DNA from: an uncultured Acidimicrobiales bacterium
GTDB lineage: Bacteria > Actinomycetota > Acidimicrobiia > Acidimicrobiales > UBA10347
Reading direction: 5' to 3'
DNA: 64,000 bases
Assembly: GCA_963925805.1 (NCBI GenBank)
Contig: CAWUSE010000023.1
Coordinates: 1,098-65,097 of the forward strand
Part shown: positions 29,445-38,840 of the stretch, one piece after another
How the letters are laid out: each line of letters starts with the position of its first letter
How positions within the stretch are numbered: position 1 is the stretch's first letter
The notes under the pieces: model-generated
The model's input: the letters and a program-made list of their open reading frames with translations, nothing else
What the model was told of the DNA's origin: nothing
Database searches by the model: none
Position numbers and translations under genes: made by a program

Positions 29445-29478
29445 GCAACCTTGCAAGCTGTGCAAGGTTGCACAGCTT
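29445..29478. promoter_or_regulatory. Two mutually exclusive perfect hairpins between the GYD and pentapeptide genes.
   Basis: H1 is GCAACCTTGCA (29445-55) / TGCAAGGTTGC (29461-71). H2 is AAGCTGTGC (29455-63) / GCACAGCTT (29470-78). No U-tract follows on either strand. Confidence 0.4.
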
Positions 29479-29482
29479 CTGC

Positions 29483-29803
29483 TTATTGGCCGGGCGCCCG
29501 GTACGTCCCGCCAGAACCAGCATCGAATTCCTCGGTTGTCATAATGACACTCGCGTTTTGCTCGACGACTGAGCCTGTTGGGCCAACTAGTTTCTTCAAA
29601 TTTGCCATCACCTCGGCAGATGCGTTGTCAACAATCATCATGAAGTCCCAGTTGGCACCGGGCAACATGTACATGGCCTCTAGAGAAGCGCCGAGACTCT
29701 CGAACATCGCCCGAACTGAGGCTTCTCTGCTGCTTGCTCCTTCTGCAGCAACTCCGCTCCATGCTTCGGGGCTGTATTTTCCATGCAGAACTATCTTGGG
29801 CAT
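29483..29803 (-). CDS. GYD domain-containing protein.
   Basis: 106 aa. MPKIVLHGKYSPEAW...G..L.....LPG..WDF..IV resembles GYD family proteins. AAGAGGA lies upstream. Confidence 0.8.
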   Translation of the reverse strand: MPKIVLHGKYSPEAWSGVAAEGASSREASVRAMFESLGASLEAMYMLPGANWDFMMIVDNASAEVMANLKKLVGPTGSVVEQNASVIMTTEEFDAGSGGTYRAPGQ

Positions 29804-29864
29804 CGCTTCATCCTCTTTCGTTAATTCCTGTCTAGATTCCTACCACGTATTGGGCCATCGAGCC

Positions 29865-30056
29865 TTACCCCCCGCAGGGCTGGATGATGCCGTCGTCGTC
29901 GATGGTTGACCATTGGGCCCGCATCTGCACCATGCGTTCTACGTTGGCTAAGCGCACGAGCCGCCCGGCTATGTGCTGACCGCACATGCGGGCGGCGATG
30001 TGTCTGGTCGTTGCTTCGATTTGATCGATGGCCTTGTGTTCGTCTGTGATTGACAT
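29865..30056 (-). CDS. Hypothetical 63-aa protein.
   Basis: ATG at 30056 preceded by AGGAGC. The longer listed ORF (to 30194) would run into rnpB and is rejected. Confidence 0.45.
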   Translation of the reverse strand: MSITDEHKAIDQIEATTRHIAARMCGQHIAGRLVRLANVERMVQMRAQWSTIDDDGIIQPCGG

Positions 30057-30129
30057 TGTCTCATTGCTCCTGAATGGTGTTGGGCATGCCCTATTTGATC
30101 CACCAAATTTGTTGGCATTGCAATGAAGT

Positions 30130-30526
<397 letters not shown>

Positions 30527-30535
30527 GTTCTAAGG

Positions 30536-31924
30536 CTAGTTGTTTGTAACGCGAAGCAGTTCGACGAAGAAGACGAATGCGTCGTCGGCATCGATGCTGC
30601 CGTCAGGAATCCCGCTTGGATAGGCAATCTCAGGTGGAAGGATTATTTGGCGAGTCTCGCCGACCTTGGTGCCGAGCAAGCCCTCTTCCAAACCAGGAAG
30701 CAGCGATCCTTCTTGCAGCGCAAGCTGGGTTGGGGCACCGTCTTGGTAGGTACTCTGCACGATCGTGCCGTCGTTGTAGAGCATGACCACGATGTGAGCG
30801 TCGACGATACTGCCCGCTATGGCCTCGGTGCCGTCGCCTTCGACGAGCGTGCTGACCTCGAGTTCGTTTGGCGCGTCGCCATCGAACCCGATCGTGTGTG
30901 TGAGCGGTGCTTCGATGAGCGATTCCATATGAATTCGGAAGACTAGGTCGCCGTCGTTGTACGCCTGGTTCGCTGGGATCTGCAGGATGCGCTCGCCGCC
31001 GACACGCATGCCAGCGATGCCTTCGCGCCAACCATCGATCACCTGGCCGCGACCAACAATCAGCTCAAATAGAGTGCCTCGGCCCCACGAGCTGTCGAAC
31101 TCTTCACCTTCGACGGCGTCGACCCCGACATAGTTCACAAGCACGATGTCACCGGTCTGGGCGATGCAGCCTTCGCCTTCGACCAGGTCGGTGATCTGTA
31201 GCGTGCCGAACGTTCCAAGAAGGTCATCGCTAATCGCAGGGGCAGGCTCTGGAGCGGGGCTTACTGAAATCAGGTCAACGATGAATACCAGATCGCTGTT
31301 CGCCACGATGATTTCGCTGCGGGCTTGGTCGCCGTACGCCATGCCACTCGGAATTTGAAGAACACGACGGCCACCAGCCTTCATGCCTTGGATTCCTTCG
31401 TCCCAGCCAGCGATAACCCGACCGGTGTCCAGTGCAAACGAGAACGGTGCATCGGTTGGATCCCACGAGCTATCGAACTCGGTGCCATCGGCGCCTAGGA
31501 CACCGACGTATTCCATCTCGACGGTTGCGCCGGAAACGGCTTCACGGCCGGAACCCACGATCAGGTCCGTCACGATCAGCTCGTTAACCGGCCCCAGAAA
31601 GCGATCTTGGACCTCAGGCTTTACATCCGGTGGAAGGACGATGTCCGCGTCGGCATCAATGTCGCTGCCCCCGTCCAGCTCACCAACCGAATGGACGCAC
31701 TCTCGGGCCTGGGTCGGAACGAATTCGAGTAAGTCAGGTAGATCAGCTGTTTCTTGCACAGTGTCGGACTCAGACTCGTCAGGATCTATGTCAGTGCGCG
31801 CTTCGGCGGATGCTGATGGGGCGCTGCTGGCGGACGCTGTGTCGGCGGTGCTCGCTGCATCGTCGCTGCCGCTGCACGAGGCGGCGAACAAAGCAAAGAG
31901 CACGACAAGGATGAGTTTCTTCAC
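30536..31924 (-). CDS. Lipoprotein with three tandem FKBP-type peptidyl-prolyl isomerase domains.
   Basis: Lipobox LFAASCS. Three copies of the FKBP pattern (Y.G....G..FDSSW......F..G.G.VI.GW.EG..GM..GG.R.L.IP...AYG). GTG start at 31924 is inferred; the ORF is open to 31969. Confidence 0.85.
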   Translation of the reverse strand: MKKLILVVLFALFAASCSGSDDAASTADTASASSAPSASAEARTDIDPDESESDTVQETADLPDLLEFVPTQARECVHSVGELDGGSDIDADADIVLPPDVKPEVQDRFLGPVNELIVTDLIVGSGREAVSGATVEMEYVGVLGADGTEFDSSWDPTDAPFSFALDTGRVIAGWDEGIQGMKAGGRRVLQIPSGMAYGDQARSEIIVANSDLVFIVDLISVSPAPEPAPAISDDLLGTFGTLQITDLVEGEGCIAQTGDIVLVNYVGVDAVEGEEFDSSWGRGTLFELIVGRGQVIDGWREGIAGMRVGGERILQIPANQAYNDGDLVFRIHMESLIEAPLTHTIGFDGDAPNELEVSTLVEGDGTEAIAGSIVDAHIVVMLYNDGTIVQSTYQDGAPTQLALQEGSLLPGLEEGLLGTKVGETRQIILPPEIAYPSGIPDGSIDADDAFVFFVELLRVTNN

Positions 31925-32017
31925 CTCGAGAGGGTAGTGGCGTCTAGTAGCTGGGCATCGGCACCCCAACTTACGTCACACCGTAAACTGTCTGAACAGT
32001 AGCGAGATCGGTCGGAG

Positions 32018-34027
32018 GTGGATGTGACAGCAAGAGAGGAAGAGGCCGAAAGCCTCGTCGATGGTCTGTCTCGCTACTTCGATGATCAGTTCGCCGAGCT
32101 CGAGCGCGAGTACAGCCAGGCACGGCAAGATATGGCTCAGTTCAGCCCTAAATCTGTCAAGACAACCCCGGTACCCATTAGGCCTAGCGATGCGATGACC
32201 AGCACTGTCGATGATCAAGACGCCGACCTTGAGCGAGAGCTTAAACACGCACCGCAAGATATGGCTCAGTCCGGGCTCGAACGGTTTGACACAAGCAATA
32301 ACGCGCTTGAAGCCCGCAATGAACGTTTTGAGCTGTTGCGTCAGGTGGCGACGTTGCAAACCGACGTATCTCGCCAGTCCGATGAACTCGACGAACGCGA
32401 TCGCCTGCTCAACGAACTCGGCGACAAGATCGTTGGCTTCGAAATGGAGATCGCTCAGCACCACAGCGTGTCTGCAGCGTTGCACACCGCTCGCCAACAA
32501 ACCCTCGACCAACACAGCGAACGGTCCCGCCTAGCAGCGTTGCTCGATACCAGCATGGCCGAGCACCAAGAACTGGTCGCTGTCACCAACCGGTTACAGA
32601 ACGACCGTGATCATCTTCAGGAACTGCTGACCAAGGCTACTTCGCACTTCAAAGAGGTCGAGGCTCAACTAGTGCAGGGGGATGACAAGGTCCGTCGTCT
32701 TGAAGCAGCACGCGACCCTGCGGCTCATGAACACGATCTCCGGGCGAACGAGTTGATCGAGGCTCGCTCTGAGATGAGCAAGCTGTCCAACCGCATCGGC
32801 GAGATGGTTAGGGCCGTCGCCGACGCCGATCAGCGTGCCGAAAAGTCCGAAGCCTTGGCCGAGCGCCGATCGAACGAGGCGCGCTACTTGAACCGGTGCA
32901 TCGGGGCATTGAACGACAAGCTCGACGCTGCTGGAGCATTCGAAACCGACGCAACGAGCTTGCGGCGTGATCTGACGCTGGCTGAGCGTCATGTTGCCGA
33001 CCTCGAACGCGACTTGGCTACCCAACAGTCCGAGGCAGCAGCAGCGAGCGTTGCAGCAGAAACTAGGGCCAAACACATATCCGATTTCGAAGAAAGCATC
33101 GCTCATAACGAACAACTCCAGCAGGCACGCGACGATGAGCGGAAGGCGCTATCTGCACGTCTACAAGGAACCACAGTCGAACGGCAGATGGATCCCGAAC
33201 AGCGTCCAGCGGTAGCGTCGTTAGCAGAACGGGCACGCGAACTTAGCGCCCGCCGATCCAACGAAGCTGCACAGGTTGTTGAGGCCGGCGAACAAGCCTC
33301 TGCATCTGCTCGGGTAGACGCGGACCTTGGCGACAAGTCAGAGAACGAACCAGCGTCACTGCCAGAAGCCAAGCGAACCGCTGAGCAGCCAGTAACAGAG
33401 CTCCCGGCACTTGCCACTGTCGCCATCCCGGCCTTCGAATTTAATGGCAGCGACTCTGAACCCGGTGCATCCGAAGCGGGCGTAGCAGCGGTGCCCCCTG
33501 AACCCACCGATGATATTTCGTTTATCAGCTTGGACCATCGAGAAGAAACGGCCTCGGCACATGCGGTACCGAGTATCGGTTTCGACATGCTGGCAACCCG
33601 CAAACGCACGGTCCTACCATTGGCTCTTGAACCAAACACCCCTGAAGCTGTGGCGTATCTGCTGATGCAGCCTGGTGTGACCGTAATCGTCGATGCTCGC
33701 GGCACGTGTGGCCGCACTGGAATCCAACCGAGTGAGCTGTTCGCTCGGATCGCACTAGTACGCGACCATTTTGACGTGCCTGTCGAGGTCGTAGTCACGC
33801 CTGCCTCGACGCCTGTCGGGGGAGCGCCAGACCTGCCTGCAATTGGTGTGCATTATGTGAGCGGCGCTGACACGGTCGCAGATCGTATCCGTGCCCTTTG
33901 TATGGGTCTTCCCGCCGACCAACCGCTGGTCGTCATCGCCGGTACCGACCAAGTCTGGCGTGCTGCAAGTGGCCAAGACGCCAATGTCGTGGAACCTGCC
34001 GTGATCCTCAACCTGGTAGTTGGATAA
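32018..34027 (+). CDS. Long coiled-coil protein with a C-terminal YacP/NYN-like (PIN-related) domain.
   Basis: About 400 aa of heptad-like E/R/L/A/Q-rich sequence and an acidic linker. The C-terminus reads VTVIVDARG..FDVPVEVVV..GVHYVSGADTVADRI..PLVVIAGTDQVWRAA..GANVV. An alternative GTG at 32024 has the better SD (GGAGG). Confidence 0.7.
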   Translation: MDVTAREEEAESLVDGLSRYFDDQFAELEREYSQARQDMAQFSPKSVKTTPVPIRPSDAMTSTVDDQDADLERELKHAPQDMAQSGLERFDTSNNALEARNERFELLRQVATLQTDVSRQSDELDERDRLLNELGDKIVGFEMEIAQHHSVSAALHTARQQTLDQHSERSRLAALLDTSMAEHQELVAVTNRLQNDRDHLQELLTKATSHFKEVEAQLVQGDDKVRRLEAARDPAAHEHDLRANELIEARSEMSKLSNRIGEMVRAVADADQRAEKSEALAERRSNEARYLNRCIGALNDKLDAAGAFETDATSLRRDLTLAERHVADLERDLATQQSEAAAASVAAETRAKHISDFEESIAHNEQLQQARDDERKALSARLQGTTVERQMDPEQRPAVASLAERARELSARRSNEAAQVVEAGEQASASARVDADLGDKSENEPASLPEAKRTAEQPVTELPALATVAIPAFEFNGSDSEPGASEAGVAAVPPEPTDDISFISLDHREETASAHAVPSIGFDMLATRKRTVLPLALEPNTPEAVAYLLMQPGVTVIVDARGTCGRTGIQPSELFARIALVRDHFDVPVEVVVTPASTPVGGAPDLPAIGVHYVSGADTVADRIRALCMGLPADQPLVVIAGTDQVWRAASGQDANVVEPAVILNLVVG

Positions 34028-35060
34028 GCCCGTGCCAACTGCAGCAGAACTGCGTGATATCGGGCTGGCCGCTGGCTTGACTGCGGTCGGGTTCACGCAC
34101 GCTGAGCCATTCGCCGAAACACGCGTCACCTTGGAAACACGCAAGGCAGCGGGCCTTCATGGCGGTATGCAGTTCACGTATCGCAATCCCGAACGATCGA
34201 CAACGCCGACACGAATCCTTGAGTCGGCCCAGTCGCTGATTGTTGGTGCGTGGCCCTACCGTGCACCTAGCGACGGAGCCTCTTCAGACGCAGACGAACG
34301 GCCTCAGGTCGAGATCGCTGCCTACGCATGGCGTGACCATTACTCCTCGCTCAAGACAGCGCTCGGCGAGATCGCTACTGCATTGCAGAACGAGGGCTAC
34401 ACCGCACGTGTGGTCGCCGATGACAACGCATTAGTTGACCGATCCGCCGCAGTACGAGCCGGAATTGGTTGGGCTGGCAAGAACAGCAATGTGCTTGTGC
34501 CGGGCCATGGGAGTTGGTTCGTGCTGGGTGCCGTCGTCACCGATGCGCGGCTCGACCTCGACCAGCCCATCGAGCCAGCATGCGGAAGCTGTCGACGTTG
34601 CCTCGACGGTTGCCCGACCGGTGCCATCATCGCCGAGGGAGTGGTCGATGCTCGGCGATGCTTGGCGTGGCTGTTGCAGGCTGGCGGCGACTTTCCTATC
34701 GAGTTTCGCGAAGCGCTCGGTACCCGCATCTATGGGTGCGACGACTGCCAGATTGTGTGCCCCCCGAGCGGGGGGACCGATGTCGATCTGGTCGGGGACG
34801 AAGTCACCTCGCTCGATCTTCTTGAGCTGCTGACCATGGACGACCAGTCGCTGCTTGCGGCTGTGGGCCGCTGGTATGTCCCGAAACGAGACCTTCGCTA
34901 CGTACGCCGCAATGCGTTGGTCGCGTTAGGCAACACTGAAGTGCAGGGCGAGCTTCGGGCCGAAGCAATGGATGTTCTTGCGTCCTACATCGGCAGCGAC
35001 GACATGCTTAGCGAACACGCCCGGTGGGCCGCCGATCAGCTCGCTTCAAGCACGCGCTGA
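34020..35060 (+). CDS. queG: Epoxyqueuosine reductase.
   Basis: Two ferredoxin-type clusters (CGSCRRCLDGCPTGA, CDDCQIVCPP) and a HEAT-like C-terminus. Start is TTG 34020 or GTG 34032. Confidence 0.85.
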   Translation: MDKPVPTAAELRDIGLAAGLTAVGFTHAEPFAETRVTLETRKAAGLHGGMQFTYRNPERSTTPTRILESAQSLIVGAWPYRAPSDGASSDADERPQVEIAAYAWRDHYSSLKTALGEIATALQNEGYTARVVADDNALVDRSAAVRAGIGWAGKNSNVLVPGHGSWFVLGAVVTDARLDLDQPIEPACGSCRRCLDGCPTGAIIAEGVVDARRCLAWLLQAGGDFPIEFREALGTRIYGCDDCQIVCPPSGGTDVDLVGDEVTSLDLLELLTMDDQSLLAAVGRWYVPKRDLRYVRRNALVALGNTEVQGELRAEAMDVLASYIGSDDMLSEHARWAADQLASSTR

Positions 35061-36181
35061 TGCATTTACTACTGACCAATGACTACCCGCCCAAGGTCGG
35101 CGGTATCCAGACCTACCTCTGGGAGTTGTGGCGACGGTTGCCGCAAGACTCGTTTCAGGTTTTGACGTCGCCTCATGCCGATGCAGCAGTCTTTGACGCA
35201 GAACAGCAGCACCACATCGAGCGTTATGACCGCTTCTGGCTGCCGCCGAGTCGGCGAGTCCGTGACCGTACGAAAGACCAAGCCGACCGCATCAATGCAT
35301 CCGTCGTGGTCATCGATCCCGCTTTCCCGCTAGGAATGGTTGGACCTGACCTCGGCCGTCCGTATGCGGTCGTCCTGCATGGGGCTGAGGTCACTGTTCC
35401 CGGCCGTATCCCTGGTTCGTCGGCTCTGCTCCGACGTGTCGTTGCCAATGCCGACCTAGTCATCAGCGCGAGTCGTTATGCCGAAGCCGAAGCGGCCCGC
35501 GTTACCGGCGATATGCCGCCGGTTGTCTATGTGCCGCCCGGGGTTGACACCGATCGATTCGTGCCGCTGAACGCCGATGAACGACGAGCAGCCCGGCGCA
35601 GACTGGGTTTTGACCCGGACGCTCCGCTTATCGTCGGTGTCAGTCGCCTAGTGCCTCGCAAAGGCTTCGACACCTTGATCGATGCCGCTGCCCGACTCGC
35701 AGACACCCACCCCAACCTCCAAGTTGTGATCGCCGGTACCGGTCGCGACGAAGCGCGACTGCGCCGCCACATCGGCCAAACACGCTCTCCTGCTCGGCTA
35801 CTAGGTTTCGTCGACGACGCCGATCTGCCAGCGCTCTACGGCTGCGCTGATGCGTTTGCGATGTTGTGTCGCGATCGGTGGGCCGGCCTAGAGCAAGAAG
35901 GTTTCGGCATTGTCTTCGTCGAAGCAGCGGCCGCCGGGTGCCCTCAAATCGCAGGTAGGTCCGGAGGGTCAGCCGAAGCTGTGGCTGATGGCGAAACCGG
36001 CTACGTCGTCGAAACCCCCAGCGATGCCGATGCGGTGGCCCAGTCAATCGCCGGCTTGCTGGCTGACCCAGCGCGGAGCGAAGCCATGCGAGTCGCGTCC
36101 CGCAAGCATGCAGTCGCCAAGTTCTCGTACGATCTGCTTGCCGACCGACTTCGTCTCTCACTCGAAGCATTCGAACGGTAA
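35060..36181 (+). CDS. GT4-family glycosyltransferase (PimB/mannosyltransferase-like).
   Basis: MHLLLTNDYPPKVGGIQ...EQEGFGIVFVEAAAAGCP (E-x7-E region). The ATG overlaps the queG stop (TGATG). Confidence 0.85.
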   Translation: MHLLLTNDYPPKVGGIQTYLWELWRRLPQDSFQVLTSPHADAAVFDAEQQHHIERYDRFWLPPSRRVRDRTKDQADRINASVVVIDPAFPLGMVGPDLGRPYAVVLHGAEVTVPGRIPGSSALLRRVVANADLVISASRYAEAEAARVTGDMPPVVYVPPGVDTDRFVPLNADERRAARRRLGFDPDAPLIVGVSRLVPRKGFDTLIDAAARLADTHPNLQVVIAGTGRDEARLRRHIGQTRSPARLLGFVDDADLPALYGCADAFAMLCRDRWAGLEQEGFGIVFVEAAAAGCPQIAGRSGGSAEAVADGETGYVVETPSDADAVAQSIAGLLADPARSEAMRVASRKHAVAKFSYDLLADRLRLSLEAFER

Positions 36182-36193
36182 AGTTCTGCACTC

Positions 36194-36649
36194 ATGGACG
36201 GAAGCGACCTGTACCGCATCAACCTGTACGGCACTATCGCGTTCACGGTAGCTGCCGTAGTGGCGGCGATTTTTCCTGATCCGCTCGGAATCCCATTCGC
36301 GATCTTCTCGTGCATCCTGTTCGCCATTGGCACGATCGCCTTTTTGTGGGCTTATGGCAAGGCCATTGAACGCAGCCGCGAACAAGACGTAAGCGTCTTC
36401 ATGATCTATGGCTTGAGTGGCGTTGCTCCTCAGGCTGTGCGCCGCAAATTTCATCTACTGACCTTCGTTCAGTCGGCGGTAGCTATAGCAACGGCATCAA
36501 TACGCCCCTTCAGCCCTCAAGCGTTCGGTATCCTTACTCCCATGCTCGGACTTGGACTCGCTGGCCTATGGGCAGCGGGCCATGGCACCTTTGCCGAGCG
36601 CACAGACGGTCGATACAAGGCCCGAGAGATAAACAGGCCCGCAAAATGA
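36194..36649 (+). CDS. Hypothetical membrane protein.
   Basis: 151 aa with four hydrophobic segments. Confidence 0.55.
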   Translation: MDGSDLYRINLYGTIAFTVAAVVAAIFPDPLGIPFAIFSCILFAIGTIAFLWAYGKAIERSREQDVSVFMIYGLSGVAPQAVRRKFHLLTFVQSAVAIATASIRPFSPQAFGILTPMLGLGLAGLWAAGHGTFAERTDGRYKAREINRPAK

Positions 36650-36661
36650 ACAGGATTAACA

Positions 36662-37129
36662 ATGGGTGACCGGGCGTTTGAACGCACCATTATTCGAGAC
36701 ACACCGGAGCGCATCTTCGAGGTCATTATCGACTACGCCGCGTACCCCAAGTGGGCGAACAACGTCAAAGATGTAGTGGTTGATCGCATCGATGAGGACG
36801 GTCGTGCTGGTCTGGTTTCTTATCGAGCCGCTGCGATGGGTCGCAGCGCTGCCTATGTACTCGAGTATTTCTATGGCACGAACCCGTTACGGGTTTCATG
36901 GCGTCTCGCCGAGGGCGATCTTGTACGCCGCCTCGATGGCCGCTATGTTCTGGTGCCGCTCGAAGATGATGCCACTGGCCCTCGTACCGAGGTCACCTAT
37001 GAGCTCGAGGTCGACATTTCTATGCCGATGTCGGGCTTCCTTCGCCGCCGGGCCGAGTCCAGAATCTTGCGGAACGCGCTCGAGGACTTGCGTGCATGGG
37101 TCGAAGAAGGAGCGCAGCTCTCAAGCTAA
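36662..37129 (+). CDS. SRPBCC family (cyclase/dehydrase-like) protein.
   Basis: 155 aa. The pattern F.VI.DY..YP.WA..V......D..GR is typical of the family. Confidence 0.75.
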   Translation: MGDRAFERTIIRDTPERIFEVIIDYAAYPKWANNVKDVVVDRIDEDGRAGLVSYRAAAMGRSAAYVLEYFYGTNPLRVSWRLAEGDLVRRLDGRYVLVPLEDDATGPRTEVTYELEVDISMPMSGFLRRRAESRILRNALEDLRAWVEEGAQLSS

Positions 37130-37311
37130 TACCAAAGAAGTGGCATCTACTTATGGACGTTCCGCCCTGACCGGGAACGAACGGAGCCCCAACGAGGGCG
37201 TCTGGAACATCAAGAATTCCGTACGCCGCCTAGTCGTCCCTGAAATGGTGAGCATCTGGTCGAGACTGAGCCCGCCAGACCCAGGCACCCGTGCGGTCAT
37301 GGCAAGTCGGG

Positions 37312-38796
37312 CTACATCTTGTCCCATGCCAAGGAGCGCTCGACAGCGCGCTTCCAATGGGTGTAGCCGGTTGAGCGATCGGCGCCGGCAGTAGGGGTAA
37401 AGGCGGCGTCGAGCTCCCATGCGGCTGATACATCGTCGGCCGAGGACCAGAAACCCTCGGCAATACCAGCCAAATAGGCTGCGCCCATCACCGTGGTCTG
37501 CTGGTTGGCCGGCCGTTCCACCGGTATACCGAGCTGGTCGGCTTGCATCTGCAGCATGGTGTTCATGACCGAAGCGCCGCCGTCGACACGCAGCCGTGAC
37601 ACGGTCGTTGTGGCCGATGCACCCATGGCCTCGACCACATCGCGGGTCTGATAAACGATGGCTTCAATGGTGGCTCGTGCAATCTCGGGACGACCAGTGC
37701 CTCTGGTAATGCCCACGATCGTGCCACGAGCATTGGGGTCCCACCACGGGCTTCCCAAACCGGTCAGAGCGGGGACGAACATGACACCGCCGGTGTCGTC
37801 ACACTGTTGCGCTAGCGGTTCGAGTTCCGATGCGTCTTGGATAATGCCCAGACCGTCGCGTAACCACTGGACCGCTGCGCCGGTTACGAATATGGCACCT
37901 TCGGCGCAATACGTTGCCCCCTGGCCTGGCAACGTCCACGCCACCGATGTCAGCAGACCTTCGGTGTGCTTAGGGCGTTCGGAGCCCAGGTTTAGGAGCA
38001 CGAAAGAACCAGTGCCATAGGTGTTCTTGGCATCACCCGGCGCGAAACATGCTTGGCCAAAGAGTGCGGCCTGTTGGTCGCCGGCTGCACCGCTGATTGG
38101 GATCCCGGCGCCGAATGGGAATTCGTCGGTTGTTTCGCCGAAGCGTCCCGACGTGGTCGAGACATCGGGCAGCGCATGCAAGGGCACACCCAGCACATCG
38201 CAGAGCTCCTCGCTAAAGGCCAATTCGTCAATATCGAATAGCAACGTGCGAGACGCATTACTTGGCTCGGTGACGTGGACCTTGCCGCCGGTGAGCTTGT
38301 AGATGAGCCAGCTATCGATAGTGCCAAGTGCGGTGTCGGGACCGTCGGGAATACCACCTTCACGGAATAGCCAGGCGAATTTGGTGCCGCTGAAGTACGG
38401 GTCGATCACTAGCCCAGTAGAGCTTCGAATAAGATCCAAGTAGCCAGCGTCGGTCAGGTCTTGACAGACAGCAGCAGTGCGCCGGTCCTGCCACACAATG
38501 GCCTTGTGCAGCGGCTCGCCCGTCGCGCGGCTCCAGGCGACAACGGTCTCTCGTTGATTCGTGATGCCGATTGCGGCGACCGGCTGGTCGACCTTAGAGC
38601 GCAACTCGGTCAAAGTCTCTAACGTGGTCGCCCAGATCTCGGCGGCATCGTGTTCGACCCACCCCGGCTGCGGGAAATACTGGGTGAACTCGCGATAGGC
38701 GATAGAGATGATCTGACCGGATTGATCGACTGCTGCCGATCGAATACCTGTTGTTCCAGCGTCGATTGCAATGACTATTCCACTCACGGATCGCAA
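37312..38796 (-). CDS. glpK: Glycerol kinase.
   Basis: IAIDAGTTGIRS, ITNQRETVVAW, KNTYGTGSF and GGAS.N..L.Q.QAD motifs over the full length (494 aa). Confidence 0.95.
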   Translation of the reverse strand: MRSVSGIVIAIDAGTTGIRSAAVDQSGQIISIAYREFTQYFPQPGWVEHDAAEIWATTLETLTELRSKVDQPVAAIGITNQRETVVAWSRATGEPLHKAIVWQDRRTAAVCQDLTDAGYLDLIRSSTGLVIDPYFSGTKFAWLFREGGIPDGPDTALGTIDSWLIYKLTGGKVHVTEPSNASRTLLFDIDELAFSEELCDVLGVPLHALPDVSTTSGRFGETTDEFPFGAGIPISGAAGDQQAALFGQACFAPGDAKNTYGTGSFVLLNLGSERPKHTEGLLTSVAWTLPGQGATYCAEGAIFVTGAAVQWLRDGLGIIQDASELEPLAQQCDDTGGVMFVPALTGLGSPWWDPNARGTIVGITRGTGRPEIARATIEAIVYQTRDVVEAMGASATTTVSRLRVDGGASVMNTMLQMQADQLGIPVERPANQQTTVMGAAYLAGIAEGFWSSADDVSAAWELDAAFTPTAGADRSTGYTHWKRAVERSLAWDKM

Positions 38797-38840
38797 TCTA
38801 GCCGCTGGTGTCGAGCCGCCCAGACCTGGCTAGGGGGCGC

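Noticed and set aside
33103-33798. Long antisense or overlapping ORFs (for example 33103..33798-, 31976..32515-, 56949..57923-, 16045..16605-, 25307..26074+, 35640..36191-, 53016..53618-, 55557..56132-).
   Set aside because: These are typical high-GC shadow frames. They have Arg/Ser/Pro/Ala-rich low-complexity translations and lie fully inside genes with strong family signatures on the other strand or frame.
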